DNA of 53,133 bases, the filler included, from Asterionella formosa (Eukaryota): assembly GCA_002256025.1 (NCBI GenBank). It is 4 parts of 4 records of this genome, joined end to end, with 100 filler letters (N's around TTAATTAATTAA, not from the genome) between each part and the next. Parts side by side here need not be neighbours in the genome. Positions count along the whole stretch, not along the records: positions 13,328 to 26,539 come from NKIB01006871.1; positions 26,640 to 39,845 come from NKIB01006882.1; 2 more parts are not named here. The stretch is one strand, 5' to 3'. This document shows, piece after piece, positions 23,790 to 35,500 of this stretch (the first letter of the stretch is position 1; every line of letters starts with the position of its first letter). The notes beneath the pieces were generated by a model. That model did not search any database. It was not told the origin of the DNA and saw nothing but the letters and a program-made list of their open reading frames with translations. The translations under genes were made by a program, and so were the position numbers.

Positions 23790-25012
23790 CCAGCTTTGTA
23801 TCCAATGCTGTTCCAGGTATTTGTGATCCAAGACACAGTTACTACCTGGGCCCATGCTTCCTCCAGCACCCATTGGGCAGCAACGTTGTAACCCTAACCT
23901 TTTCATTTTCTAGGTTTTGAACCATAAAATTCTCCGATGCAGCCTGCAAATAGCCTTTTAATGGCTTGTTGAGGACGCCCACATACAGTACTTTAAGCTG
24001 GGATGTGTAGCCAGGGGTTATATAGTCGACCTCAGTGCCACAAGATTTAATGGCATCTACACAATTGCCGACTTTGTGGACCGAAAAGTCGTCCATTAGC
24101 AGGTAAGTTGGCTCTCCTAGGAATCCCTGAGTCCAGGGCTTCCAAACCTGCTCAATCCAATTCAAGAAGACAGTTTGGTTTTCCCACCCCCTGGCCTGGC
24201 AAGAGTATTTCACTGAAACCGGAAATTCGTTTGGTGGATTGATGGCTAACTGCCTGCTTATCCGTCCATCACTGGTTCCCTTGAACACAATGAATGGAGG
24301 CAGCTTTTATCCACTTAGAGTGACACCCAAGAGCACAGTGCAACGACAAGAGGTACCTGAAGTCTTCATCATTCCAATGGTCCTGGCTCCACATTTCTCC
24401 AATGTCAATGATCCATACAAGTCAAAATTGTTGTTTGTCTCATCAATATTGACAATGCACCTTGGCTACATACCAAAGGTCTGAATCTGTTGATTGGCAT
24501 ATGTTAAAAACTCAATCACTCTGGTCGAGTCTTGTTGTGTTCTGAGCAACATGTGTCACTCGCCAAAGAATAATACCCTCTTTCACCATCCATCGCTTGA
24601 CCCTCTTTGACAGAGCTGCAAGAGGCACATTTTCGTTCCCAGCCACCCTTTTAAGCTCAATAACGAGCATTCGAATGGTGCAGCATCGATCTTGCTGCCT
24701 CAAACCATCAAAAGTCGACCGCAACATTTCGAATTTACCAACACTTTTTCCGACACCACCTTGGTGAGCTGTTTTCTTATTCAATATCTGTGACAGCTGA
24801 CGATTTGGTTGATTGCCATTGTCCTCATCACTGTCATCTCCTGCTGGAACAGGTAAGGAAGCAAACATGGTCCTCCATCGCCTGATCTGCTTGAGTAAAA
24901 CAGAATAGGCTCTTGCGGTCGGCTTGATATTATTTGGCTTCGAAAACGCTTCTGCCAATATTGTTTTCTTCAGCCTGAGGGTGACAAATTTTCTCATCAT
25001 CATGATGCACAA
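23790..25012 (-). pseudogene. Pogo/Tigger/Fot1-type DDE_1 transposase, frameshifted
   Basis: N-terminal HTH (IKPTARAYSV...QIRRW), NIDET near 24440, YLLMDDFSVHK and ITPGYTSQLKVLYVGV.NKPLK (decayed QPLD). Confidence 0.85.
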
Positions 25013-25636
25013 ATAAATAACACAATGTGGTTGGTGGCTTGCAGAAATTCTGGAAAGACAGAACCTTGTAGAACCTACATAAGATAATATAGATGTAGAA
25101 ATAGGTACATACAGCTACATCACTCTAAAATTTAGTATGTGGCTTGTGCTAGTTTTCTGGCACACAAGTGCACCAAAATTAGGAAAATCAAAATGATCAT
25201 AGAAGCTAATTCAACCAAGAACAATATTACTTTTGATTTACATTTGTATGTTTAAAATGATGGAGAAGATGGTAGGGATGACATTTTGATCAATTAAAGT
25301 GGGCAATGTCAAAATCGACATTGTTCTGTCTCCCCAACTAAGTCAATCTAGTCGTGTGTGAGTACATTTGAGGATATGTGAGCATGGGATTTACGGTATT
25401 CACGTTGCTTGATGGTCGTCCCTGCTCAAACATAACATTGGACTGTCGAAAAATCCACTGTTCCCCCTATGTTGCCCGTAAATAAAAATTACTTTAAGAT
25501 ACCATATAAATTACTTAGACACCCACAGTTCCCATCGAAAAGTAAGATGATAGCTATTGCGTACTATAGGATGGGGATTGCCGGTGTGCACCAGAACTCA
25601 CATTAACGTTGTTCCATATACCATACCATACCTCAT

Positions 25637-25960
25637 GACATCTTGGCTTTTGTGCCGAATCTTTGCTTCAAGGAACCCAGGAACCCAGCCAATTCCACTA
25701 CCCGGTACTTACCGCTATGTACAGCACCTGGTACCACAGCCTGCTTTTATATTTACAAGAATACAGGTACCAACCCTCTCGTAAGACAGTAGCAGGGTAC
25801 CAGGTACCTGGTACCTGGTACTAGGTACCACCATCAGCCAGGTTGTTAGCGAATACCATACGAAGAATAAATGCCCCTGTCGTGTGCACGGATATGAGTA
25901 CTCCCTGATACTCGGAGTACCTAAACAGGTACCAGGTTGGTACAAGGTACCAATGACAGA
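25637..25960. repeat. ~300-bp GTAC-rich repeat, copy B
   Basis: Direct repeat of 20556-20870. Confidence 0.85.
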
Positions 25961-26012
25961 TCGTGCTGTGTCTTACATGTGGATTTCGTTTGTTCCTCAT
26001 GGCTGAGCAATC

Positions 26013-26539
26013 ATGTTCGGTTGTTTTCTTGATATCATCGACTCTTCGCGAGGTTCGTTGCTGCGCTCATCTTCGGCCGAGAGGGCAAGTATCCGTGGCA
26101 GGCGGTCCTCCAAATTAGTCGCTTTTTCCGCACTGCTAGTAGTGATTTCCTTCTGTTACGTTCAATTGTTGTTGGAGGTAGAAACTGTTGAAACATCCAA
26201 AGAAAGAAGCGAATATGAGCCTGTCGTCCCCATCGGCAGTATCAGTGCTGCCTTTGTCTACTTGGGAAATGAGGAACACTTCGGAGCCGATCGGGGTCGA
26301 GAAAGCTGTCGCAGCATTTATGATTCACTCAAGTCGCTCTCGCTGCATTTTATCCCTGCAGACGACAGCAGCAAGACTTTTCCATTGATGGATTTGTCTG
26401 TCATTCTACTTCATGACGGTGAACTCTCTAATTCAACACGACTCGCTCTGACAAACGCCAGTCCCTTTCCTCTATACTTTCACGAAATTCTCTTCATTCA
26501 ACCAAAAGATGAAAAGTGGGCCGATGAATCCATCGTTAG
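26013..26539 (+). CDS. Type II membrane protein, probable GT15 (KRE2/MNT1-like) mannosyltransferase N-terminus, cut by the gap
   Basis: Signal anchor LVAFSALLVVISFCYVQLL, then AAFVYL...SLKSLSLHF...VILLHDGEL, which resembles the GT15 N-terminal strand/helix pattern. Confidence 0.5.
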
Positions 26540-26639
26540 NNNNNNNNNNNNNNNNNNNNNNNNNNNNNNNNNNNNNNNNNNNNTTAATTAATTAANNNNN
26601 NNNNNNNNNNNNNNNNNNNNNNNNNNNNNNNNNNNNNNN
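26540..26639. other. Assembly gap with linker
   Basis: N-TTAATTAATTAA-N. Confidence 0.98.
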
Positions 26640-27697
26640 TTGTCTGCACATCCTATTAAATCCTTCCTGAATTTTTCCAATGTGAGCCCACTTAAATCCA
26701 TGTCCTTCATGTAAATGTTTGCTAGTCGAAGCTTCTTGCCTAACTCTGATGAATCAACAAGGAGTATTGCCAGTTCTTCTGTTGTGTCAAAAAAAGGGGG
26801 TATGAATTGCCAAGGTATTCTTCAGTACTGTCGATTCGCCGAATTAGCATGGGAATCTGAAGGCCAATGGCTTCAAGGATGGCATTGTTGGCAGTAGCAG
26901 CCCATAAATCAACAATTACGATGTTCTGCTTAAGGAGTCTAGCATAATCTGAAAATGAATGGGAATATATAACTTCAACTGAGGGATCAGATTCACATTT
27001 AGCGATACCAAGCTCTTTCTCAACCTTCCCTTTAAGAATATCGAATTCAGTGGTATTTAACTTGTACCCTGGGAGCCAAAGCTTCTTCCTACTCGTTTTC
27101 AATTGGTGTATGGTAGCTAGTCTTCGATATTGTTGTCCCAAGAACAGGACACCTGCGCTTCGATTTTGAACTAACACCTCTAGATCAACATCTGACATAA
27201 ATGGCTCAACACCTTCAGTTGTAATGGGGTGGTGAAGAGCACACACATGTATTTTAGGTACCTCAGGACGTTTGCTATCCAAAAATTCTTGGACATCTCG
27301 GGCAGCATTCTTACTGAAACACACTATTCCTTGGCAGAATTTCAAGCTTTTCAAGAAATCAGGATGGTTCAAACATTTTCAAGGTGGACCGGGGCTTCGA
27401 AATGCTCTGGGGCATCCATGACCATGTGTGTGATTCCTAGCCATGGTTGGTTAATCACCCCAAGATTTTCCCACAAAAAGTGTCTCTCGGTAAGATCAAG
27501 GAGAAGCATGTTGTGGCCTGGTGTAAAATGTTCGGTTCTTTCCATAACAGTGCCTTTTTCTATCAAATATGCCATGGCGATTTTCCAACCACTTCTATGA
27601 GTCACAGATCGATAGTATATTGTATCATGCAATAGGAAGGTCACCATCGCTCCCGATGAATATATTTCAGTGGGAACATAACTTTGGTAGACCAAGC
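26640..27697 (-). CDS. GT-B (GT4-like) glycosyltransferase exon with two homopolymer frameshifts
   Basis: HRSGW, PWLGITH, LHHP, LGQQYRR and DYARLLKQNIVIVDLWAATANNAILEA...EEYLGNSYPLF. Frameshifts in T-runs at ~27372 and ~26790. Polypyrimidine tract plus CAG acceptor at 27698-27720. Confidence 0.65.
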
Positions 27698-28249
27698 CTG
27701 AAACAAAAAAACAAAAACAAAAACATGGAGATTCGAAAGGTTGAGCGCCATTGGAACTACGGTAGTAAATTTTTACTTCGCTCCCCCAGAAGAAAAAAAT
27801 ACACATGGATTAAATAACATAATTATTACAATAGAGTCAATAATCTATATATGTGTAATAAATTACATAGTCATTGCAGTACCGTAGTAGCTTTCATCTC
27901 GTTGGTCGTTCAGAATTGTAGTTGTCTATGAAGGTCGCTGCATTTGAAACCCAAGGCAAAATTTATATTGCTTAGGGTTGCCAAAATTCCCTGGAATTAA
28001 GAATTTTTAAGCTATTTTTGAATGACGTGATTCCATTTGAAATATTTAAATCAGTGGAAAATTTGCGCGTACGTACATAGATTCCTTTTCGAATTTGCTA
28101 AATATATATGTAAACATTGCCCATGCATGAATGTATATATATACATATAATGCGATCAACATATGTGTGTCAGAGAATCAAGCTGGCAGCATGGCAAATA
28201 TCGTTGATGACTATACTGGTAAGAAACAAAAAAAACGCAACAATCAACC

Positions 28250-28690
28250 ATGAGCGAAATTACACATCATCATGACAACAATGGGGATGATCCATTCAAC
28301 TACAGTCATGATACCTGTGCAACATGTCAAGACCGGTTGATTGTAGAGTCAGATGTGGAGGGATGTGAGAGTCACATTTTCTGCGAATGCTGTGATTTTG
28401 GCTGCCCTGAATGTCAGTGTCAATGGGATGAAGTCCAAGAGTTTGCGGAAAATGTCTTGGAAGATGATAACATTCTCAGCAAACTGAAGGATGAGGAGAT
28501 TACGACGTCAAGAGCCCGTAACCTTCTCTACAAGTTTTTAATCAGAGTTTACTGTGGACCATTGGGAAAAGGTGTTCCATGGAACTTCCTGACTGTTGTT
28601 TGAAGGGGGTTCGATCCCAATTGAAAAGCAAGGACCAAAACAAAGAGTGCACTAGCTTCAAACCTGTTTCTAAACATTCTAAATCTTTTA
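28250..28690 (+). pseudogene. Cys-rich protein with P2RX7-C-terminal-like transposon-associated domain
   Basis: RNLLYKFLIRVYCGPLGKG, then in the shifted frame ELPDCCLKGVRSQL...CTSFKP. This matches the R...Y...G.LG.G.R..LP.C....IR pattern. Confidence 0.6.
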
Positions 28691-28899
28691 GTGATTACTT
28701 TATTTAATTTTATAAATTCACTTCAATAGAATTTTTTACATCAAAGCACCTAGTAGGTATGTTGTTTCAAACTCATCATCTAGAAGTGAGGTGGCATGTA
28801 CTCTTCTTGTTTTCTATATCATTTTGTCAATGTTGTAATATAATTTATTAATTTTTCACATCAGTAATAACAACAAACAACAGGGCTATACAGTACAAG

Positions 28900-29440
28900 A
28901 AATGAATCAAACATCATGTTTGCTCCAAGAATCACGTAACTTGAAGTTCGAAAGCAATGGAACCAGATGCGGGTGTGGAAATGATTGATGATGCCATTAC
29001 TAAATACAATGGTATCTACTCTACAATCATTTGTGATGACAATTCTACAATTCGAGCTGTAACCAAATGGTCCTATAAGGAATCTATGGTCTGACTTTCA
29101 ATGGCCAAGGACATTTAATGGTAAAATAATCCCGACAAAGGATGCCTTCCACTACACATTCCAGAACCATGGTTTCTTTCCAATCCATTGCACAGGATCC
29201 GTATTCTTCTCCACCCTGCCTTTCTGAAATCCAACGGCCCAGTCTGTGTAGAGCGACCTTCCAAAGCAGATTGTCTCCGACTAAAGATATATTGTGGGGC
29301 ATTGATTAAAAAAACCGGAACCTCTCTCTAACCAAATTCACGAAGTCTTCCCGGAGTCTTCCAAAGCACCAATCAGCCACTTGTTTGGTTGCCATGACTA
29401 CAAATCTGAGTCATGGTGTCCTGTAAAGTCTGGAAAAAGG
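28900..29440 (+). pseudogene. Mutator-like transposase relic
   Basis: HVCSKNHVT*SSKAMEPDAG, IICDDNSTIRA, GCLPLHIPEPWFLSNPLHRIR and APISHLFGCHDY...WCP. Confidence 0.7.
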
Positions 29441-29804
29441 GTTAATAACGGAAAATATCATGACAAGAAGGAAAAGGAAACGAAATAACATGAACGGTTA
29501 ATGAAAAATGTGGCAACAAAAGTCGAAGGAGAAAAGCGTCTTTCATGGTATCATCCCTTTGATACACAGATGAATGAGGGAATGAACAATGCAGTGTCAC
29601 GATGATGTGCAAAGAACAAAGTGTTTGCAGGATCTGGTGGTCTAAAATACAGAGTGGCATCAGTTGCCGGAAAACAAACACAAGGAGTCACACAAAAAAT
29701 TGAAGATGTATACAAACGATGTGGAATGAAAATGTCCCAACTGCAAGAACCCGCAGTTATACATTGCGAGGTTTGTTTTTCTCCAAAACATTTTTGTGAT
29801 GTAC

Positions 29805-30317
29805 TTCAATCAACACAGTAGGTAAAACTAAATAAAACGTTAGCTTTCACCAATATGACCACTTTGAATATGCTTAGATACAGTCATTGCTTTGTGAAAC
29901 CCCGTAGATGTAGAGCAATCCTCCTCCAAAAAGTCGACTCGATTCGGCGTTTTCAACAGTCGCCAAAATATTGGAATCAGGATTTGTACGTGCAAAAACG
30001 TTCTCATATAGTAAGAGTCTTGCGTAGGTATGTTTTGCTGAACAATTCTCTGTCCGAAAAGACTCCAGGGTGAGTTCCTGCGTCACTACACACATTCTGA
30101 TTGGTTGAATTAGATTTACTCACCTGCGCCAGATTCGTTTAATTATCCCCGTCTTGTAAAATCACGCCAGCCACACTTGAAACACATGTATTAGATGTAC
30201 TGTATACTGGTTGGTAAAATCAGTAACGGAACTACTGGTTGTACATCCTGTCTTCCATCATGATGAACCAAGATGATGTACCACCTGGTGCTCCGAGTAC
30301 TGATACCAGGTACCTGG
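29805..30317. repeat. Dispersed repeat abutting a gypsy LTR, copy B
   Basis: Colinear with 4425-5149 but lacks its ~200-bp hairpin insertion. Confidence 0.85.
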
Positions 30318-31470
30318 TGAAGTATCTAACTATCTAACTAGAAGTAGTAGTATTTATTGAATATATGAGCTTATTAATTAATCCTTATGTACAACTCATT
30401 TCCTGAACTGACATCAAAGTATAGAATGGGTGTTAGTCGAGTTCTCTCATTATTGAATTCCGATATATTTGATATAACCCTACCTGGTGCTGGTTTTGGT
30501 GAACTTCCACCCAAGTCGCAGTAGATCTAATTGGTCCATGGAAGATAACAGTGGCTGCTCAAACGATTGAATTTCATGCTCTAACTTGTATTGACACAGT
30601 CACCAATTTAGCAGAAATTTCACGTATCACCAATAAAACATCAGAATATATTGCAATGAAATGTGAAAATGATTGGTTAGCCAGATATCCCCGTCCAGAA
30701 CGTTGTATACATGACAATGGAGGTGAATTTACTGGTGCTCCTTTCTTACACATGTTAGTATTGAATGGAATCAAAGATGTGACTACTACAGTAAAGAATC
30801 CACAAGCAAATGCTATCTGTGAACGTTTACATCAATCTATCAGCAATAGTCTACGAGTTATGTTAAAGGCTCATCCTCCAATCAATGAATTTCAAGCCCA
30901 AAATATTGTGGATACATGTTTTGCAGCTGCGTCATATGCAGCTCGAGCTACTATTCATAGTATATTACGTATTTCACCAGGAGCATGGGTTTTTCAACGT
31001 GATATGATATTAAATATTCCTTTGATTACAGATTTACAATTAATACATCAACGTCGACAAGTGATAATTGACAAACGTTTACGTCGTGCTAATTTCCGTC
31101 GTCGATCTTATGATTACAAAGTGGGTGACGAGATTTTAATATTATTGGATAATCCTACTACTTTGGATGATCATGGACGAGGTCCTTATACTATTATTCA
31201 AGTACATGCCAATGGTACAGTTACTTTTCAACGCACTATGCACATTACAGAACGAATTTAATTTTCGTTGTATCAAATCTTTTCATAAGTAAAAGGTTTT
31301 CCCTCAAGTGTGGGAGAGTGAGCAATCCTGCTTCAATAATGAGAGAACTCGACTAACACCCATTCTATACTTTGATGTCAGTCAGGAAATGAGTTGTACA
31401 TAAGGATTAATTAATAAGCTCATATATTCAATAAATACTACTACTTCTAGTTAGATAGTTAGATACTTCA
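30318..31470. mobile_element. Rearranged gypsy piece: partial LTR (-, 30318-30481), integrase (+, 30481-31290), PPT and internally deleted LTR (+, 31319-31470)
   Basis: Integrase is near-identical to copy 2, with a small deletion and a terminal frameshift. Both LTR pieces share a private tatctaac duplication. Confidence 0.9.
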
Positions 31471-31564
31471 CCAGGTACCTGGTATCAGTACGCGAACGAA
31501 TCGAGTTTGAGCTCTGATCAGGCATTAAACATTCATGGTCAATAACATTGCTCATCACACTTTG

Positions 31565-31730
31565 TCCGGTACTGGTACCAGGTGCCGGTATCAGGTACCA
31601 GTACCGAAACCTGGTACGGAGTACCTGGTACCAGGTGGAGTACCAGTATTCCGTTTCTAATCATTCTACCCTCTACCGGTACCTGTAGTTACCATGGAAC
31701 CAGGTACCAGGTACCGATTGTACCTGATAC
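31565..31730. repeat. Dense GGTACC/CCAGGTACC low-complexity tract
   Basis: Many gtac, ggtacc and ccaggtacc units in succession. Confidence 0.8.
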
Positions 31731-32272
31731 CATCAGGTTACATATTGGCACCTTGATATAACTTCACGTGCCTGAATTCGGATGATAACAAATATACCGG
31801 TAGTTTCAGAACCGAACGTATCCCGTACTACCTGGTAAGTACTGAGTCCTGAGTATAATCGATTTTGTGTAGATAGAAACTTCGCGTTCTTTTGCGGTCC
31901 TTTGGGAAAACGTGATGCGAGGTCGATTTTAGATAAAACACCGTTTTTGTACGTGACTTTTCGTACTTCGGAGTTTCTGTCAACTCCCTGGTTTGATTAC
32001 CTGTATATGTTTACGGACAAATATTCGCAATATTCGGACTTTCCCAGAACTCCCCATGAATGGCTGAGCTGGTGATGATCTCAGCCTCCTTTTGCTTCTT
32101 GGCAGTAAATGCGTGTACCGGTATTCTAATGCATTCCATATATTCATTGTACCCACTCCATGTATTACCATTTTCTTCCATTTCCCGTACCAGGTAAACC
32201 CCTGTCGAAAAGCAAGACGATAATAGCTAAAATAGGGCGTGTCTTGCTTTCAGTAGGTAATAGTGAAACTAA

Positions 32273-32525
32273 GATGTATATATATCTATATATATTTTTA
32301 ATATATAATATAAATGTAAGTACAGAACAACTAATACCGAGTGACATTTTAGACAGTTTCATCAAAATGAAGGACCGTAATCTTTCGTTCACAGGAATGA
32401 TGTATATATATCTATATATATATTTACATATTATATAAATGTAAATACAGAACAACTAATACCGAGTGACATTTTAGACAGTTTCATCAAAATGAAGGAC
32501 CGTAATCTTTCGTTCACAGGAATGT
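32273..32525. repeat. ~126-bp tandem duplication covering the last codons, stop and 3' UTR of the PDZ gene
   Basis: tacagaacaactaataccgagtgacattttagacagtttcatcaaaatgaaggaccgtaatctttcgttcacaggaatg occurs at 32321 and again at ~32447. Confidence 0.92.
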
Positions 32526-35500
32526 TTGGTGGCCATCATTTTCATGACCGCATCGGCCGTGTAGGTGCGAGTATCGACATTGTCCACAGCAATAATCAAG
32601 TCTCCCGGGAACAAATGTCCTTCCAAACTGCTGCCAGGCTTTACCGTATGGACAGAGGGTCCGTCCTTTGTGGAGCGCAAAACAATCTGAAGTTTTCCCG
32701 GCGGCGCAAAGCAATCTCGACAAACGATGCTTTGTAGAATGGTGGTGTTGGTAGGGTTGTTGCTGCTGCTATTGTTGGTGGTGGAGCCTTCGTTGGAGGA
32801 CGGGGAAATGACTTGGTCCCCAGAGACATAGGACAGCGAGTCCATGGCTTCAATGACACTGGGAGATGTTGGGTCTGCCGAAAGAGCGCCACTCGACATT
32901 GCCTTTTCACTGGCAATCTTTTGTTCCAGCCAGACCAAATCTTGAATCAATTGGCGACTAGCAGAGACTTGAGATGAGGAAGAGGATGCGTTGGATCCAT
33001 GGGAGTGACCCGACAAGGTGGACATGTTGGATGTTGGTGACACGAAATCACCAGAAGGTTCTTTGAGAACTTTTCCTTGCTGCTGCTGCTGCTGACCTTG
33101 TTCTTGTTGATGAGCAAACATGAACTTTCGAGCCTTCAGGGCTTCTCGATGACTCGATACAGTCGAATCACTAACCGAACTGTCTCCCTTGTTGGACCAA
33201 TCCAATGGATGCATGGCCCCATTTTGATACTCGGCAGCACCATCGCCAGTGCCCTCGTCGTACCCAGCATGTCGTCGACTATTAGCAGTAGTAGCAGTAG
33301 TACCATGATCTGGAGATAATGTAGGAAAGGCACCTTGGTCCTGCTGTTCCACTTCATTTACTACTACTAATTCATGGTCATCATCATCATCATCCTTGTC
33401 ATTTTCTTCTCTTGGTGACAGTTTTTTCATTCGTTTCCTCCAACCCAACAATGGGGTCATTTGCAATAAGGCTTGATATTTCTGCCTCTGTGGACTTGGA
33501 AGAACAACAGCCGATGACCGTTTCTTAGTCCCTTGGGGACTTGCCATGGGAACAAACAAATCAACAATGGCATCATGTTGATGCTCTTGTAGAGTCGTCG
33601 TCGTAGTAGTAGCAGTTGTTGTAATCGCAGTAGTAGACAATGGTTCTGGTTGTAACAATGCCATTTCAATAGCATCGCTTCTCTCAAATACCAATTCTCG
33701 AACAACAGTACCAGTAGTACCATCATCAGCCTTTTCCATCATGTTGAGACTCATGTCAACAGCAGCATCCGTGACTGGTGTCTTAGGGTGCAAGTAAGGA
33801 GATGTTGGAGTGACTGGAGTTTGCCCATTGACAATTGCCATGTCAGTCCTTGGAGTAGATTGACGATTACGATGACATGTGGACAATGGAGTAGTAGCAG
33901 TTGTTGTTGCAGCTGGAGACTTTATGAGGTTGTTCCCTTCTTGTAGTTTCGAATCATTAGGAGACGATGATGACGACGATTCATCTTCCAAGGAAACTTC
34001 CTCAAAGGCAAAGAGTGAACCCACCATTTGTAGCGATGTTGGAGTTGCTACTTGGGATGTTGGAGTGGTCGAAGGTCCATTACCACTAGCTTGAACAGTT
34101 GTTTGACTTGACAGGGACTTTTTCGACATTATACTACGATGTCTTGGTGAGCAGAGAGATTCCATTTCACAATCACTGAGACCAGAAAAGATTGAATCAG
34201 CGGCGGACTTGCCATTGGAACCAGCAGGGGATGGACTTGCCGTGGTGGCGGCGGTAACAGTCAGCTCATGTTCTTTTTGGGATGAGCTGGTGGAAGGCAT
34301 CGAAGATTCCACATCGGAATTGACATGAAGAAATATATCTTTCGATTCATCGCCATCATCATCTTGACGACGGTTGTGAAGTACAAAGAATGCAGCAAGA
34401 AGCACAAGAACCGCGGCACCGACAATAGAACCCGAAATGATACCAATTTTGGAATCGCTGTTTGATGGCGTAGAATCTTTGTCACCAGGAGTGAGAATTG
34501 AATCTGTGTTGCTGCTGGTTGGGAGACTGGGGACATTCCCGGTAGGAGATGTTGTTGGTGATGAAGCTGGTGACAAGGTTTGCAAGGTTGGACTGCCAGC
34601 AGGAGATAATGTGGGAGTACCAACTGGCGACATGGTTTGGCTGGTGGGACTGCCATCTGGAGATAATGTGGGAGTACCAACTGGCGACATGGTTTGGCTG
34701 GTGGGAGTGACAACAGGAGTTTTCGTGGGTTGTACATGGGGAAACAAGGTAGGGCTGGAGGACGTGACAACAGGAGATATCGTGAGAGTACCAAGTGGTG
34801 ACAAAGTGGAGTCGGTGGGTCTATCGAATATGGGGGAGAGAATTGGCTTATCCACAGGAGCTTTCGTTGTAGTGCCAACAGGAGCTGTCGTTGGAGTACT
34901 GACAGGAGATGTTGTGGGAGTACCAACTGGCGACAATGTGGAATCAGTGGGCTTATCCAAGGTGGGGGACAGGATCGGTTTATCCACAGGAGCTGTCGTT
35001 GGAGTTCCAGCAGGATACGGCGTGGTTGATGCAATGGGTGACAACGTTGGGGACAAAATGGGGCTAGTGGGAGTGGGAGTGGGAGTGGCCACAGGTGTCG
35101 CGGTGGGAATACCACTGGGTGACAAGGTGAAAAGTTCGCGACGACGAATCATAAACACACTTGGAAAGAGTTCCAAGGAACTGATATTGCCCTGCAGTAC
35201 CGATAAGTCCTTCATAATGCTCTTCACAGCTTCGTTTGTTTGGGTAGCATCTGGCGAAGGAAGTCGATCAAAAGTTACATCAAGCGTCACCTTGAGAGTA
35301 GATCCGATAGTTCCTACTGCTTCCTTGCGCTGTCGAAGGTAATAGACATCAACGTCCTGCGCAGTTTCCAACGACCCGTAGGCACTCTCTTGCACGATGC
35401 GGGCACGTTTGGACAAGTCGCGACGACGACTTGTCCCTTCCAACACAGTTCTGGATTGTTCAATCACAGTCGTATTGACAATCCCTATTTCATAGTTTGG

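Larger units (their letters stand above)
22965..25528. mobile_element. Pogo-like DNA transposon with degenerate TIRs
   Basis: Left end tgtggtgtctaaaaattt versus the reverse complement of the right end, ctgtgggtgtctaagtaattt. Encloses a DDE_1 transposase and a convergent accessory ORF. Confidence 0.6.

Noticed and set aside
31470..31850. Recurring palindromic GGTACC units as a possible CRISPR array
   Set aside because: No constant repeat length or regular spacers, no cas genes, and the context is eukaryotic.
34261..35342. Long alternative ORFs (284 aa -, 301 aa +) over the PDZ gene
   Set aside because: Shadow frames of the Pro/Thr repeat region.
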